Assembly: GCA_002897735.1 (NCBI GenBank)
Contig: BDTW01000052.1
Span: 634 to 64,633, forward strand
Direction: 5' to 3'
Source of the DNA: a bacterium BMS3Bbin13
GTDB taxonomy: Bacteria; Pseudomonadota; Gammaproteobacteria; 21-64-14
Length of the DNA stretch: 64,000 bases
This document shows positions 45,767 through 55,905 of the stretch, piece by piece. A program made the translations under genes and the position numbers. Positions within the stretch are counted from its first letter, which is position 1. Each line of letters opens with the position of its first letter. The notes beneath the pieces are model-generated. The model ran no database searches and was not told the DNA's origin. It worked only from the letters and a program-made list of their open reading frames with translations.

Positions 45767-46773
45767 CCTCCCCGCTCGGCGACGAGGTCGGCGAGGAAGT
45801 CGACGTGGGCGGGGTCGTCGTTGAGCGCCGGGATATAGTGGAAAGATTCACCACCGGCCTCGAGGAACCGGGCGCGGTTCCAGGAGGCGATCTCCTCGAG
45901 GGTCTCCAGGCAGTCGGCGGAGAAGCCCGGGCACAGGATATCCACGCGCCTCACTCCGCGGCCCGGGAACGCACGCAGCGTCCTGTCGGTATACGGTTGC
46001 AGCCATTCCTCGCGCCCGAAGCGCGACTGGAAGGTGACCTGCCAGGCGTCTTCGGGCAGTTCCAGGGCATCGGCCGTGAGGCGTGCGGTCTCGCGGCACT
46101 GGGTCTCGTACGGGTCGCCCGCCGCGACGTAGCGCCGCGGCAGTCCGTGGAACGAGAACAGCAGCCGCTGCGCGCGCCCGTTGCGCGCCCAGTGCGTGCG
46201 CACCGACCCGGCCAGGGCGGCGATATAACCGGGCGCATCGTGGTAGTCCGCCACCAAGTGCAGTTCGGGCACCCGGCGCCAAGTGCGCAGCACGTCGGCG
46301 ACCGCGTCGAAGGTCGAGCCGGTGGTGCTCGCCGAGTACTGCGGATACAGGGGCAGGATCAGCAGCCGCTCGGCACCGGCGCGGCGCAACGCCTCGAGGG
46401 CGGCGCCGATCGACGGACGCCCGTAACGCATGCCCAACTCGAGCGCCGCGACGTCGATCCCGCGCCCGGACAGCTCCGCGCGCAGCGCCTCGACCTGGCG
46501 GCGCATGATCGCCAGCAGCGGGGAACCGTCGGGGGTCCAGACCTTGCGGTAGCCCGCCGCCGCATACCGTCCGCGCAGCGGCGCGATGACGCCGTAGAGC
46601 AGGGGCAGCCAAAAGATCCGGGGCAGGTCCACGACGCGCCGGTCGGCGAGGAATGCGCGCAGATAGCGGCGTAACGCGGAGGCGGTCGGGGCGTCGGGCG
46701 TGCCCAGATTCGATACCAGTACGCCGAGCCGCGCGCCGTGGTCGGGTCGGTGTCGTCCGGCTCCGGGGTTCAT
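45763..46773 (-). CDS. hemH: Ferrochelatase
   Basis: NLGTPDAP, GMRYGRPS, PLYPQYS, LFSFHGLP, FQSRFG..WLQPYT and ADCLETLEEI. Confidence 0.96.
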   Translation of the reverse strand: MNPGAGRHRPDHGARLGVLVSNLGTPDAPTASALRRYLRAFLADRRVVDLPRIFWLPLLYGVIAPLRGRYAAAGYRKVWTPDGSPLLAIMRRQVEALRAELSGRGIDVAALELGMRYGRPSIGAALEALRRAGAERLLILPLYPQYSASTTGSTFDAVADVLRTWRRVPELHLVADYHDAPGYIAALAGSVRTHWARNGRAQRLLFSFHGLPRRYVAAGDPYETQCRETARLTADALELPEDAWQVTFQSRFGREEWLQPYTDRTLRAFPGRGVRRVDILCPGFSADCLETLEEIASWNRARFLEAGGESFHYIPALNDDPAHVDFLADLVAERGG

Positions 46774-46873
46774 CGCGGCCTCGCACCTCGGGTCGAAGGG
46801 GAAGGCGGCATTGTAGCCGCGCCGGCGCGGCCCTGTCAGATCCGGGCCTCAGGTCTCCGGGCGTCGTGCCGGC

Positions 46874-47773
46874 TCAGCGGTTGGCCGCGCCATGGGGTAC
46901 GTGGCCGGTGGGGACGTGCTCGCGCGCCGAGTCGCAATGCCCGCGCTGGTCGTCGAAGAAGATGTCGGCGCCGAACGCCTTGAGGAACGCGCCCTTGTCC
47001 AGCCCGCCGAGGAACACCGCCTCGTCGATGCGGATGTTCCAGGCGCGCAACGTGCGGATGACGCGCTCGTGGGCGGGTGCCGAACGCGCGGTGAACAGCG
47101 CGGTGCGGATCGGCGAGTGCTCAGGCGGGTATTCCGACTGGATGTGATGCAGGGCCGCCAGGAAGTCCTTGAACGGCCCGCCCGGGAGCGGCTCGTTGGC
47201 GGCGGCGCGTTCGGATTCGCTGAACGCCGCCAGCCCCTGCGTCTGATACACGCGCTCGGCCTCGTCGGAGAACACCACCGCGTCGCCGTCGAAGGCGATG
47301 CGCAACTGCGCGCCGGGGTTCAGGCCGACCTTGGACGGCAGGATCGTGGCCGCGGCCACCCCGGTCTCCAGGGCGTGTGTGACGTCGCCGGGATCGGCGG
47401 ACAGGAACAGGTGCGTCCCGAACGTGGGCACGTAGCGGTAGGGGCTCTCCCCGCCGGTGAAGGCCGCGCGGCTGATCCCCAGACCGTAGTGCTGGATGGA
47501 GTTGAAGATGCGCAGCCCCGTGTCGGCGCTGTTGCGCGAGAGCAGGACGATCTCCACCCGTGGCGCGCCCGGGTTGCGCTCGTTGAGGGCGAGCAGCTTC
47601 TGCACCAGCGGAAAGGCCACCCCGCGCTCCAGCACCTCGTTCTCGTGCTCGATCTGGTAGCGGCAGTAGGCGTCCACGCCCTTCTCGGTGAACACGCGGT
47701 GGCTGTCCTCCAGGTCGAAGAGCGCCCGGGAGGAGATCGCCACCACCAGTTCTCCGTCGAAGCTCACCGGCAT
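46874..47773 (-). CDS. 5'-nucleotidase (cN-I-like family)
   Basis: LVVAISSRALFDL, SRNSADTGLR, IAFDGDAVVFSDE and IFFDDQ. Confidence 0.9.
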   Translation of the reverse strand: MPVSFDGELVVAISSRALFDLEDSHRVFTEKGVDAYCRYQIEHENEVLERGVAFPLVQKLLALNERNPGAPRVEIVLLSRNSADTGLRIFNSIQHYGLGISRAAFTGGESPYRYVPTFGTHLFLSADPGDVTHALETGVAAATILPSKVGLNPGAQLRIAFDGDAVVFSDEAERVYQTQGLAAFSESERAAANEPLPGGPFKDFLAALHHIQSEYPPEHSPIRTALFTARSAPAHERVIRTLRAWNIRIDEAVFLGGLDKGAFLKAFGADIFFDDQRGHCDSAREHVPTGHVPHGAANR

Positions 47774-47893
47774 CGCTGCTCTCCCTCGCCCGTCCGTCGG
47801 TCCGGCGGTTCCCGATGTCACGCTACCGGAACCCGGATCCGCGCGCCAGCGGCCCGCCGGATTCAGGGTTTCCCGGTACCGGTCGCGACGGCA

Positions 47894-50800
47894 TCAGGTT
47901 TGCTCCGGCGCAGCCCATTCCCGCCATCCGCGCAGCAGCGGGAAGTACAGGGCGAGCCGCACGGGTCGCGCGTCGGCGCTGCGCAGCAACGCGGCGTAGC
48001 CCTCGAGCTGGTCGCGGTAGCGCTCGCGCTCGCGGTCCAGAAACGTCTCGACGTCCGCGCCCTCGTGGCCGCCGGTCTTGTAGTCGATGATCCAGCGCAC
48101 GCCCTGCGCGTCGACGAAGGTGCGGTCGATGACCGCACGCCGGATCGCCCCGCCCGCCACGCCGGTCACCGCGTATTCGCTGCGCGCCTCCCGGTGCTCG
48201 TCGGAAAGAATCCAGTGCGCCCGCGGGTCCTCGCGTACCGCGACGAGTGCCGCATGCACGCGCGCGGCGGCCTCGTCGAGTTCATCGGGCGCGACGCCCA
48301 GGCGCCGCAGGGCGATGCGCCATGCGGCGCGGGCGCCCTGCAGCCGCGCGCGGTCCCACGACGCGAGTCCGTCGCGCGCCATACACCGCAGTGCGCGGTG
48401 CACGACCGTTCCGGTATGGCGCGCCGTATCCCCGGCCCACTCGAATTCGACGCCGGCGCCGGGCATCGCGCGTGCCGGAGGCGCATCGGAGCGGTCCACC
48501 GCCGCCTCGGGCGCAGGGGCCCGCCAGTCCGCGGGCAGGCGGCGCAGGATCCCGGCGGCGGTGCGCGGTGCGCTCTCGGGGAGGGCGGGCGCCCGCGTCG
48601 TGTGCGCCGCCGCCGCACGGAACTCCGATTCCACCACCGGCCAGAGCAGGGCGAGCAGGGAATCGCGCGGCGGCGCCCGCAGATCGCCGTCGTCTCCCCG
48701 GGTCCCGACCTGTCCCAGCAGGTGCAACCGGCCTCGCGCGCGGGTGGCGGCGACATACAGTACGCGCGCCGCTTCATGGCGTGCGGCGGTGACGTCCAGA
48801 TCGCGCAGGTAGCGGTAGATCGGATCCTCCTGTGCGCCGTCGGCGGTGATCGGGGCGAGCAGCAGATCGGCGCCGTCGGCGCCGCGCCGTTCCGTCCAAC
48901 GCAGCAGCGGGCGCGTCCCGGGCGGGGTTCCGCGCTCCAGGTGCGGGACGATCACGGTGTCGAATTCGAGTCCCTTGGCCTTGTGGATGCTCATCACCTG
49001 CAGGGTGTCGGGCGCCCGCGGGTCCGGCGGGGCGCGCAGCCCCATGACCCGTTCCTGCAACTGTTCCAGGTCCGCCAGGTCGCCGCCCTCGTCGAGTGCG
49101 TCGAGCAGTTCGAGAAACACCTCTGCGTCGCCGAGCCCGGCGCCGTCCACGCACGCGGGTCCCCACAGTGCGAGCCAAGTGCCTTCGACCCACGCCGCGA
49201 GCGGGCGGCGCTGTCGTTCGCCGAGCGCCGTCTCGAGTATCGTGGCCACCCGCTGCAGGCGCTCGCGCCCGCCTTCGCTCAGGGCGGCGCGACGTTCGGG
49301 TTCGCCCCACAGCGCCGGGACCGGCGTGTCGGGGGCGCCGCACACCAGCGCGTGCAGGTCCGCCAGTTCCAGGCCGCACCAGGGGGCGCGCAGTACCGCG
49401 AGCCAAGCGACGCGATCGGCCGGGTGCAGCAGCGCGCGGGTGAGGGCGAGCAGATCCCGGACCACCGGCCGCTCGCCCAAGGCATCGATCTCCACCGCCT
49501 GGAAGGGCAGGTCGGCGGCGCGCAGTGCCGGCAGCAGCGCGGACAGGTGACTGCGCGCGCGCACCAGCACGGCGATGCGCCCATCGGGTTCGGCGGCGCG
49601 CGTCTCCCGGATCAGGCGCACCACCTCCTGCGCCTGCGCGTCGGGGCCGGCGTCGGCGAAGGCGTGTACGCGCACCGCCGGGACCGGACCGGGGCCGTGG
49701 ACCGCACTCGAGGGCCGGTAGGTCACGGCCCCGGCGAGCGCGTCCTCCACGGATGGGAACACCGACGGGAAGGCGCGATTGACCCAGTCCACCAATCCGG
49801 CCGTGGAGCGGAAGTTCGCCGAGAGCTGCAGCGGTTCGAGCGTCACCGGACCGATCCCGCGCACGCGCGCGTCCAGGTACAGGGCGACATCGGCCTCGCG
49901 GAACCGGTAGATCGACTGCATGGGATCGCCGACCACGAACAGCGTGCGCCCGTCGCCGGGGCTCCAGCCGGCGGTCAGCCGGCGCAGCAGTTCGTAGTGC
50001 GTATAAGAGGTGTCCTGGAACTCGTCGACCAGCAGGTGCCGGATCCGGTAGTCGAGCACCAGGGCGAGATCGGTGGGGGCGTCCTCTTCGCCGAGCGCCT
50101 CCACCGCCGCCTGATCGATCTCCAGGTAGTCGACCCGCCCGCGCGCCTGGAACACGATGCGCAGTTGGGCGAGTGCGAGGTGCAGCAGTTCGAACAACGC
50201 CTGCAGCACCTCCCACTGGCCGTCGTCGTAGCGCGGCGCCGGCAGCGTGCGCACGCCGTGCAGGCGCGCACGCAGGTCCTCGTCGTCGGCCAGGTGTTCC
50301 AGCAGTTCCTTGCCCATCGCCCGCATGGCGAGCGCGGCGGCGCCCTTGCCGGCCGGGACGCCGATCCGGGCGTCGAGGCTCTTGCGCCATGTCCCGGCGC
50401 CCGTCAGCAGGAGTTCGGCGAGGCCGAGCCAGTGCCCGACCTCGTCGGGCGTGCCCGCCGGCAGTGCCTCCATCCCCGCGCAGGCGGTGACCGGCGAGGC
50501 CTTGCCCTGCGCCGCGAGCACCCCGCCCGCATAACCGGCGAGTCGTGCCAAGTCGGCGCCGGCCGCGCCGGCGAGGTGCTCGCGCAGGGCCGCGAGGTGT
50601 GCACCCGCGACCCGCCCCAACGCCGTCTCCAATTCCACGCGCAGCGCCCCGGACTCGAGTCCGGGGCGCCGCAGGTGGCGCTGCCATTGGTCGCGCCGGC
50701 CGAGGAGGCGTACCAGCAACACCTCGGCGCGCGGGAAGTCGTTGTCCAGATGCAGGAGCAGCCGTGCGATCGCCTCCGACCAGTGACTGCCCGATTCCAC

Positions 50801-51280
50801 CATGCGCAGCGTCGCGCGCGCCGCCTCGCGGTAGAGCGGCTCGAACGGCTCGGCGATCGCCGGCGGTGCGCCGAAGCGGCTCAGCCACGGCATGCGCCGC
50901 GTGAGCCCGGCGCACAGCGCGTCGATGGTCTGGATGCGCAGCCGCGCCGGGTGCTCGGCCAGGGACCAGCCGAGGGCCGCGTCGCGACGTCGTACCGCGG
51001 TCGCCAGCGACCGGCTCCGCCGCCGGTGGGCGCCCTCGGGCGCCGGGTCCGACGCGTGCGCGATCGCCTCCAGGATGCGCGCGCGCATCTCGCCGGCGGC
51101 CTTGCGCGTGAAGGTGATGGCCACGACCTCCTCCGGCGCGTCGACCGTCGCCAGCAGCCGCAGGTAGCGTTGGGTCAGCAGTTCGGTCTTGCCGGAACCG
51201 GCCGGCGCCTGAACGAGAAACGAGCGCTCCGGGTCCAGGGCCCGTTCGCGGACGGCGCGGTCTTCGAGTTCAGCGCCCAT
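47894..51280 (-). CDS. AddA-like UvrD helicase with C-terminal PD-(D/E)xK nuclease
   Basis: QAPAGSGKT, ITFTRKAA, LVDEFQDT, VGDPMQSIYRFR, SIHKAKGLEF, YVAATRAR and IDR..IIDYKT. Confidence 0.92.
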   Translation of the reverse strand: MGAELEDRAVRERALDPERSFLVQAPAGSGKTELLTQRYLRLLATVDAPEEVVAITFTRKAAGEMRARILEAIAHASDPAPEGAHRRRSRSLATAVRRRDAALGWSLAEHPARLRIQTIDALCAGLTRRMPWLSRFGAPPAIAEPFEPLYREAARATLRMVESGSHWSEAIARLLLHLDNDFPRAEVLLVRLLGRRDQWQRHLRRPGLESGALRVELETALGRVAGAHLAALREHLAGAAGADLARLAGYAGGVLAAQGKASPVTACAGMEALPAGTPDEVGHWLGLAELLLTGAGTWRKSLDARIGVPAGKGAAALAMRAMGKELLEHLADDEDLRARLHGVRTLPAPRYDDGQWEVLQALFELLHLALAQLRIVFQARGRVDYLEIDQAAVEALGEEDAPTDLALVLDYRIRHLLVDEFQDTSYTHYELLRRLTAGWSPGDGRTLFVVGDPMQSIYRFREADVALYLDARVRGIGPVTLEPLQLSANFRSTAGLVDWVNRAFPSVFPSVEDALAGAVTYRPSSAVHGPGPVPAVRVHAFADAGPDAQAQEVVRLIRETRAAEPDGRIAVLVRARSHLSALLPALRAADLPFQAVEIDALGERPVVRDLLALTRALLHPADRVAWLAVLRAPWCGLELADLHALVCGAPDTPVPALWGEPERRAALSEGGRERLQRVATILETALGERQRRPLAAWVEGTWLALWGPACVDGAGLGDAEVFLELLDALDEGGDLADLEQLQERVMGLRAPPDPRAPDTLQVMSIHKAKGLEFDTVIVPHLERGTPPGTRPLLRWTERRGADGADLLLAPITADGAQEDPIYRYLRDLDVTAARHEAARVLYVAATRARGRLHLLGQVGTRGDDGDLRAPPRDSLLALLWPVVESEFRAAAAHTTRAPALPESAPRTAAGILRRLPADWRAPAPEAAVDRSDAPPARAMPGAGVEFEWAGDTARHTGTVVHRALRCMARDGLASWDRARLQGARAAWRIALRRLGVAPDELDEAAARVHAALVAVREDPRAHWILSDEHREARSEYAVTGVAGGAIRRAVIDRTFVDAQGVRWIIDYKTGGHEGADVETFLDRERERYRDQLEGYAALLRSADARPVRLALYFPLLRGWREWAAPEQT

Positions 51281-53993
51281 CCTTACCTCCCGCGCCGCCG
51301 GCCTCGTTTTCGAGCACGCGGCACAGCGCCGGCAGCTCGCAGTAGCGGCATGTCTCGCCCGGGCGCTTGGGGTCGACCGCGGCGTCCCCGGAGCGGAACG
51401 CGCCGGCGAGTCGCACCAGGACCCGGCGCCGGTCCGCCAGCCAGGCCGCCCAGTCGTCCGCCGGATCGCCCGCCGCGGCCCCCGGGAGGCCCTTCGGGGG
51501 CCCGACGCCGGGCAGCAGGCCCTCCTCCTCGGCGAATCCGGCGAACCCGAGCCGCCCCGGCTTGAGCGAGGCGAACACCAGTGCCGCCGCCGGTGCGGTG
51601 TGCGCGTCGCCCTGCAGGGCCGCGCCATAGAGCAGCAACTGCGGATCGTCCGGGCGCTCGTCGAGCCACGCCGCGGGGCGGGCCTCGCCGGTCTTGTAGT
51701 CGATCACCACCCGGCGCCCGTCCGGGAGCCGGTCGAGGCGGTCGGGGCGCAGGTTCACCTCGAGACCGCCGAACTCCACGCGCCGTGCGCGCTCCTGCGC
51801 CTCGACGATGAACGGCGGACGCTGCGCCTCCAGCGCCAGCCACTCGAGCAGGAGCTGCACCAGGCGCCGCCGTTCCAGGTCGAGGAAGCGTTTTCCGAGC
51901 CCCGAGCGCGCGCGCGCGGCGAACGACGCGAGCACCCCGTCCACGACGCCCGTGACCCGGTCCCGCAGCGCCGCGGGGTCCTCGGCGCACAACGCCGCCT
52001 GCGACCCGAGCCCGGCCCACACCTCCTCGAGCACGCGGTGCACGAGCGTGCCGCGCTCGCGCGGGTCGAGCCCGGGGGCGGGTTGCTCCAGGGCGCGCGC
52101 GGCGAGGCGGTGCCGCGCGAAGGCGCGGAACGGGCAGGCCGCCTGGTCGCGGAACAGGGCGCTGCCGCCGGCGACCGCCTCGGCATCGGCCGGCGGCGGG
52201 GCTTGCTCGTCGATCCGCCGCTCCGGTTCGGGTGCGGCGTCCCGGAGCCGCCGGGCATAACCCACGACGGGGCTCGCGGGGAGTGACCCGGGCGCGGCCT
52301 CCGGCAGCGAGGCGATCAGCGGGCTGGGGCGCAGTTCCCGGTCGGCGTCGCGCTGCGCGTGCGAGACGACGACCCGCGGTGCGCTCGCGAGCAGGCGGTC
52401 GGTGACGCGCGCGGCGTAGGCGAGTTCCCGCGCGGCGTCCGCGTGCGGCATCCCCAGGCGGCGTTGGAGCGTGACCGGCAGGAACGGGTTCGGATCCGGT
52501 GCCGCCGGCCACGCCTCGTCGTGCAGGCCGGTGATCCACAGGTGGGTGAACCGCAACCCGGCGGCCTCCAACAGTCCCATCACACGCACCGGCGCCGGGG
52601 CCTCCTCGGCCGGTTGGAAGACGCGCTCGCGCGCCAGTTGCGCGATGTGCGTCAGGGCGCGTTCCGCGCTCAAGGCGCCGGTGACCTCACCGAGCCCGGC
52701 GAACGTCGAGAGCAGGTCCCGGAACGCCTCGACCGCCTGATACTCGGCACTGTCGAGACCGCGCCCGCCCGGCCAGCCGAGCGCCGCCAGGCGTCGTGCC
52801 CAGAGCCGCGCCCAGTCCGCCGGCGCGGCGCGGCGCGGCGCCGGATCGGCCCGCGCCTCCAGCCGTGCGAGCCCCGCCGCAAGCCGCGGGCACGGCTCCC
52901 ATCCCTCGCCCGTGCGCATCGCCAGGCCGCGGAGCAGGGCGATTGAGACCGTGGTCACGCCACGCCGGCGCAGCCGTGCGTCGAGCCGGGCGCGCGCGTA
53001 TGCCTCGACGGGGTGACCGGCGAGGAACGGCGAGCGCAGCAACGCGCCCGCCTCCTCCAGGGGGACGGCGCCGCGCGCGAGCGCCAGGACCTGCAACGCC
53101 GCGCGCACCACCGGGACCTCCGCGAGCGGCACGCCCAGGGAGAGGTGATAGGGGCGATGCCCGCCGGCCGCGCCCGGCAGGCCGGCGCCGGGGCGCAGGA
53201 TGCGCTCCAGCACGCGCTCGACCGCGGCCCGGTTGTGCGCCAGGTCCGGGACGACCAACCCGATCGGGCCCGCCGCACCGCCTTCCAGCAGGCCGCGCAC
53301 CCAGCGTGCCGCCGCTTCCAGTTCGTGTGCGGTGTCGGGGCGGTCGAGGCGCACCGCCGCGCCCGGCCCGGCCTGCGGTCGCCATACTTCGATTCCGGTC
53401 CCGGCCGCGCGCAACGCCTCCTGGAGCGCTTCCTGCTGCGGGTCGAATTCGTCGAATCCGGCCAGTACCACGTGCGCGGGCGCCTTCAGGCGCCCGTCGT
53501 GGAACGCCGCGATGAGCCGGTCGGGGAGCGTCGCCGAATCCAGCCAGCCGTAGCGCGCCAGGCGGCGGCGCAGCGCGACGCCCCAGCGCAGCAAGGCCTC
53601 GGCATCCGCATCGAGCAGTGTCTGGTGCGCCTCGAGCCGGCAGCGCCACGCCGCCAGCAGTCCCCACGCCTCGCGCGCGCGGCGCGCGGCCGCCGGCAGT
53701 TGCAGCAGGGCACCGCCCGCCTCCGATTCCTCGACCACCCCCTCCCAGAGCGCCGTCTCCTGGGTGGCGCTGAGCAGCATCGGCGGTCCCTCTCCCTCCC
53801 AGGCGCCCGCGTCCAGACCCTCCTCCCAGGTCCGTTCCAGCCACGCCGCATAGGGCAGGACGTGCGCGCCGGGCCAGCAGCCCGCGCGCGTCGCGCGATC
53901 CCGGTCATAGGCGTCGGCGAGGTGTCGCGCCAAGTGGCGGCTGGCGGTGAGGACCGTGGCGCCGGAGTCCAGCGCAGTGAACAGGGTTTCCAT
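51270..53993 (-). CDS. AddB-like inactive helicase/PD-(D/E)xK nuclease subunit
   Basis: ACPFRAF...CRYCELPALC Fe-S staple cysteines, RPDRLD, VIDYKTG and PQLLLY. Overlaps the addA start. Confidence 0.88.
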   Translation of the reverse strand: METLFTALDSGATVLTASRHLARHLADAYDRDRATRAGCWPGAHVLPYAAWLERTWEEGLDAGAWEGEGPPMLLSATQETALWEGVVEESEAGGALLQLPAAARRAREAWGLLAAWRCRLEAHQTLLDADAEALLRWGVALRRRLARYGWLDSATLPDRLIAAFHDGRLKAPAHVVLAGFDEFDPQQEALQEALRAAGTGIEVWRPQAGPGAAVRLDRPDTAHELEAAARWVRGLLEGGAAGPIGLVVPDLAHNRAAVERVLERILRPGAGLPGAAGGHRPYHLSLGVPLAEVPVVRAALQVLALARGAVPLEEAGALLRSPFLAGHPVEAYARARLDARLRRRGVTTVSIALLRGLAMRTGEGWEPCPRLAAGLARLEARADPAPRRAAPADWARLWARRLAALGWPGGRGLDSAEYQAVEAFRDLLSTFAGLGEVTGALSAERALTHIAQLARERVFQPAEEAPAPVRVMGLLEAAGLRFTHLWITGLHDEAWPAAPDPNPFLPVTLQRRLGMPHADAARELAYAARVTDRLLASAPRVVVSHAQRDADRELRPSPLIASLPEAAPGSLPASPVVGYARRLRDAAPEPERRIDEQAPPPADAEAVAGGSALFRDQAACPFRAFARHRLAARALEQPAPGLDPRERGTLVHRVLEEVWAGLGSQAALCAEDPAALRDRVTGVVDGVLASFAARARSGLGKRFLDLERRRLVQLLLEWLALEAQRPPFIVEAQERARRVEFGGLEVNLRPDRLDRLPDGRRVVIDYKTGEARPAAWLDERPDDPQLLLYGAALQGDAHTAPAAALVFASLKPGRLGFAGFAEEEGLLPGVGPPKGLPGAAAGDPADDWAAWLADRRRVLVRLAGAFRSGDAAVDPKRPGETCRYCELPALCRVLENEAGGAGGKDGR

Positions 53994-54180
53994 GGGCCTG
54001 GGGTCGGCGACGGCGGTTCCGTGGACGCGCCAAGCGGCGTCCTTACATCATGCCATACCACCGGCGGGTTGCGCGGGGCGGGATGAACCCGGCGCGGAAA
54101 GCCGATATACTGCGCCGCGTCATTCTCCGGACCGCCGGCCCGCTTCCACCGCCCGGCCGGCGCACACCGCACACATCACG

Positions 54181-55812
54181 ATGCCGATCAGGACCTCACC
54201 GCCGCTCTGGGTATGGGGCTGGCTGCTGCTCACCGTGGGCATGCTCGCGTTGCGCACCGCCATCCCCATCGACGAGACCCGCTACCTTTCGGTGGCCTGG
54301 GAGATGTGGTGGCGCCACAGCCAGTGGGTGCCGTACCTCAACGGGCACACCTACGACGGCAAGCCGCCGTTGCTCTTCTGGTTGATGGAGCTGGGCTGGC
54401 TGGTGTTCGGGGTGCAGGCCTGGTGGGCGCGGCTGGTGAGCCCGTTGGCCGGGCTCGCCGCGCTCTGGATCACCGCACGGATCGCGCAGCGCTTGTGGCC
54501 CGATTCTCCGGCCGTGACCCTGGCGCCGACGATCCTCCTGGGCGCCTTTTATTGGGCGGTATTTTCCTCGGCCACCATGTTCGACCTGTTGCTGGCGGCG
54601 TGCGCGCTGCTGGCGATTCTGGGGCTGCTGCGCGTTTGGCAGGGCGGCGGCGACGCCGGGTTCTGGCTCGCCGGACTGGGCCTCGGGCTCGGGATCCTCG
54701 CCAAGGGGCCGGTGGTGTTCCTGCCGGTGGCGGCGGTCGGGCTGACCGCGCCGTGGTGGATGAAGGACAGCCGCCCGCCCGCCCTGACCTGGCGCCGCTG
54801 GTACCGGGGGTTGGGGCTGGCGACGCTGATTTCCATCGGCGTGGCGCTGCTCTGGCTGATCCCGATGGCGTTCCAGGGGGGGTTGCACTACTTCATCGAC
54901 ATGACCTGGCACCAGACGGTGGGCTACACGGTGCATTCCTTCTCGCACCGCCGGCCGTGGTGGTGGTACCTGCCGCTGCTGCCGGTGCTGCTGTTTCCGT
55001 GGTCGCTGTGGCCCGACGCCTGGCGCGCGCTGGCCCGGATCGTGCGCCGCCTCGACCTGCCCGAGGTGCGTCTGTGCCTGGTTTGGTCGGTGCCGGTATT
55101 CATCCTGTTCTCGCTGATCAGCGGCAAGCAGTCCCACTATCTGCTGCCGATCTTCCCGCCGCTGGCGTTATTGCTGGCGCGGGCCCTGACCGTCTACGAT
55201 CCGCCGCCCACCCGGTTCGTGCTGCCGGGGGTGGTGTTCCTGGTGCTCGCGGGGTGCTGGCTGTTCCTGCCGTTCGGCTCGCACTTCACCCACGCCCTGA
55301 CCTGGACCCGGGAGGTCCCGCTGTGGTTCGCGGGGGCGCTCGCCGCGGCGTTGGCGGTGATCGGTCTCGCCCTGATGCGGTGGCTGCGGCGTCTGGAGGT
55401 CGCGCGGCGTGCCCTGGCCCTGGCCGCGTCGACGTGGGTGGTCCTGTTGATCGTGGTCGGCGGACTGTTCCACGCCTCCTGGCCGGCTTACGACCTGCGT
55501 CCGGTGAGCGCCTTCCTGCGCAATCTCGCGGTGGTCGGCGCGCCGATCGCAGTGGCCGACCGTTCCTACCAAGGCCAATTCAACTTCTACGCCCGGCTGA
55601 AGGCGCCGGTCGCCGAGGTGCGGGGCCCGGCCTTGCTCGATTGGGTCCGCGCCCACCCGGACGGCTATGTGGTGGCCTATCGCTCGCTGCGTCACCGGCC
55701 CCCGCGTGGGCCGGCGCCCGTCTACCACCAGCTCTATCGCGGGAAGGGGCTGGCCGTCTGGAGCGCGGCGGCCATTGCGCGCGATCCCGGATTGATTCGA
55801 ACGTTCCATTAG
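54181..55812 (+). CDS. ArnT-like (GT83/PMT superfamily) lipid-linked sugar transferase
   Basis: PIDETRY..AWEM, YDGKPPLLFW, LAKGPV, HRRPWWWY and FSLISGKQSHYLLP. Many TM segments plus a periplasmic C-terminal domain. Confidence 0.88.
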   Translation: MPIRTSPPLWVWGWLLLTVGMLALRTAIPIDETRYLSVAWEMWWRHSQWVPYLNGHTYDGKPPLLFWLMELGWLVFGVQAWWARLVSPLAGLAALWITARIAQRLWPDSPAVTLAPTILLGAFYWAVFSSATMFDLLLAACALLAILGLLRVWQGGGDAGFWLAGLGLGLGILAKGPVVFLPVAAVGLTAPWWMKDSRPPALTWRRWYRGLGLATLISIGVALLWLIPMAFQGGLHYFIDMTWHQTVGYTVHSFSHRRPWWWYLPLLPVLLFPWSLWPDAWRALARIVRRLDLPEVRLCLVWSVPVFILFSLISGKQSHYLLPIFPPLALLLARALTVYDPPPTRFVLPGVVFLVLAGCWLFLPFGSHFTHALTWTREVPLWFAGALAAALAVIGLALMRWLRRLEVARRALALAASTWVVLLIVVGGLFHASWPAYDLRPVSAFLRNLAVVGAPIAVADRSYQGQFNFYARLKAPVAEVRGPALLDWVRAHPDGYVVAYRSLRHRPPRGPAPVYHQLYRGKGLAVWSAAAIARDPGLIRTFH

Positions 55813-55905
55813 CCCGCCGGAGGATCCGGTTCGCGCGGCGCTTGGTGGCCCCCGCCCCATACCCTACAATCTCTCCGCCGACCCAACGACAGGATACCCG
55901 CCGAA

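Noticed and set aside
46892..51565. 1557-aa + strand ORF and other long antisense ORFs (e.g. 24823-26814, 3796-5607, 28273-30078, 56853-58829)
   Set aside because: Shadow frames opposite well-supported genes. High GC codon bias suppresses stop codons, and no recognisable motifs are present.
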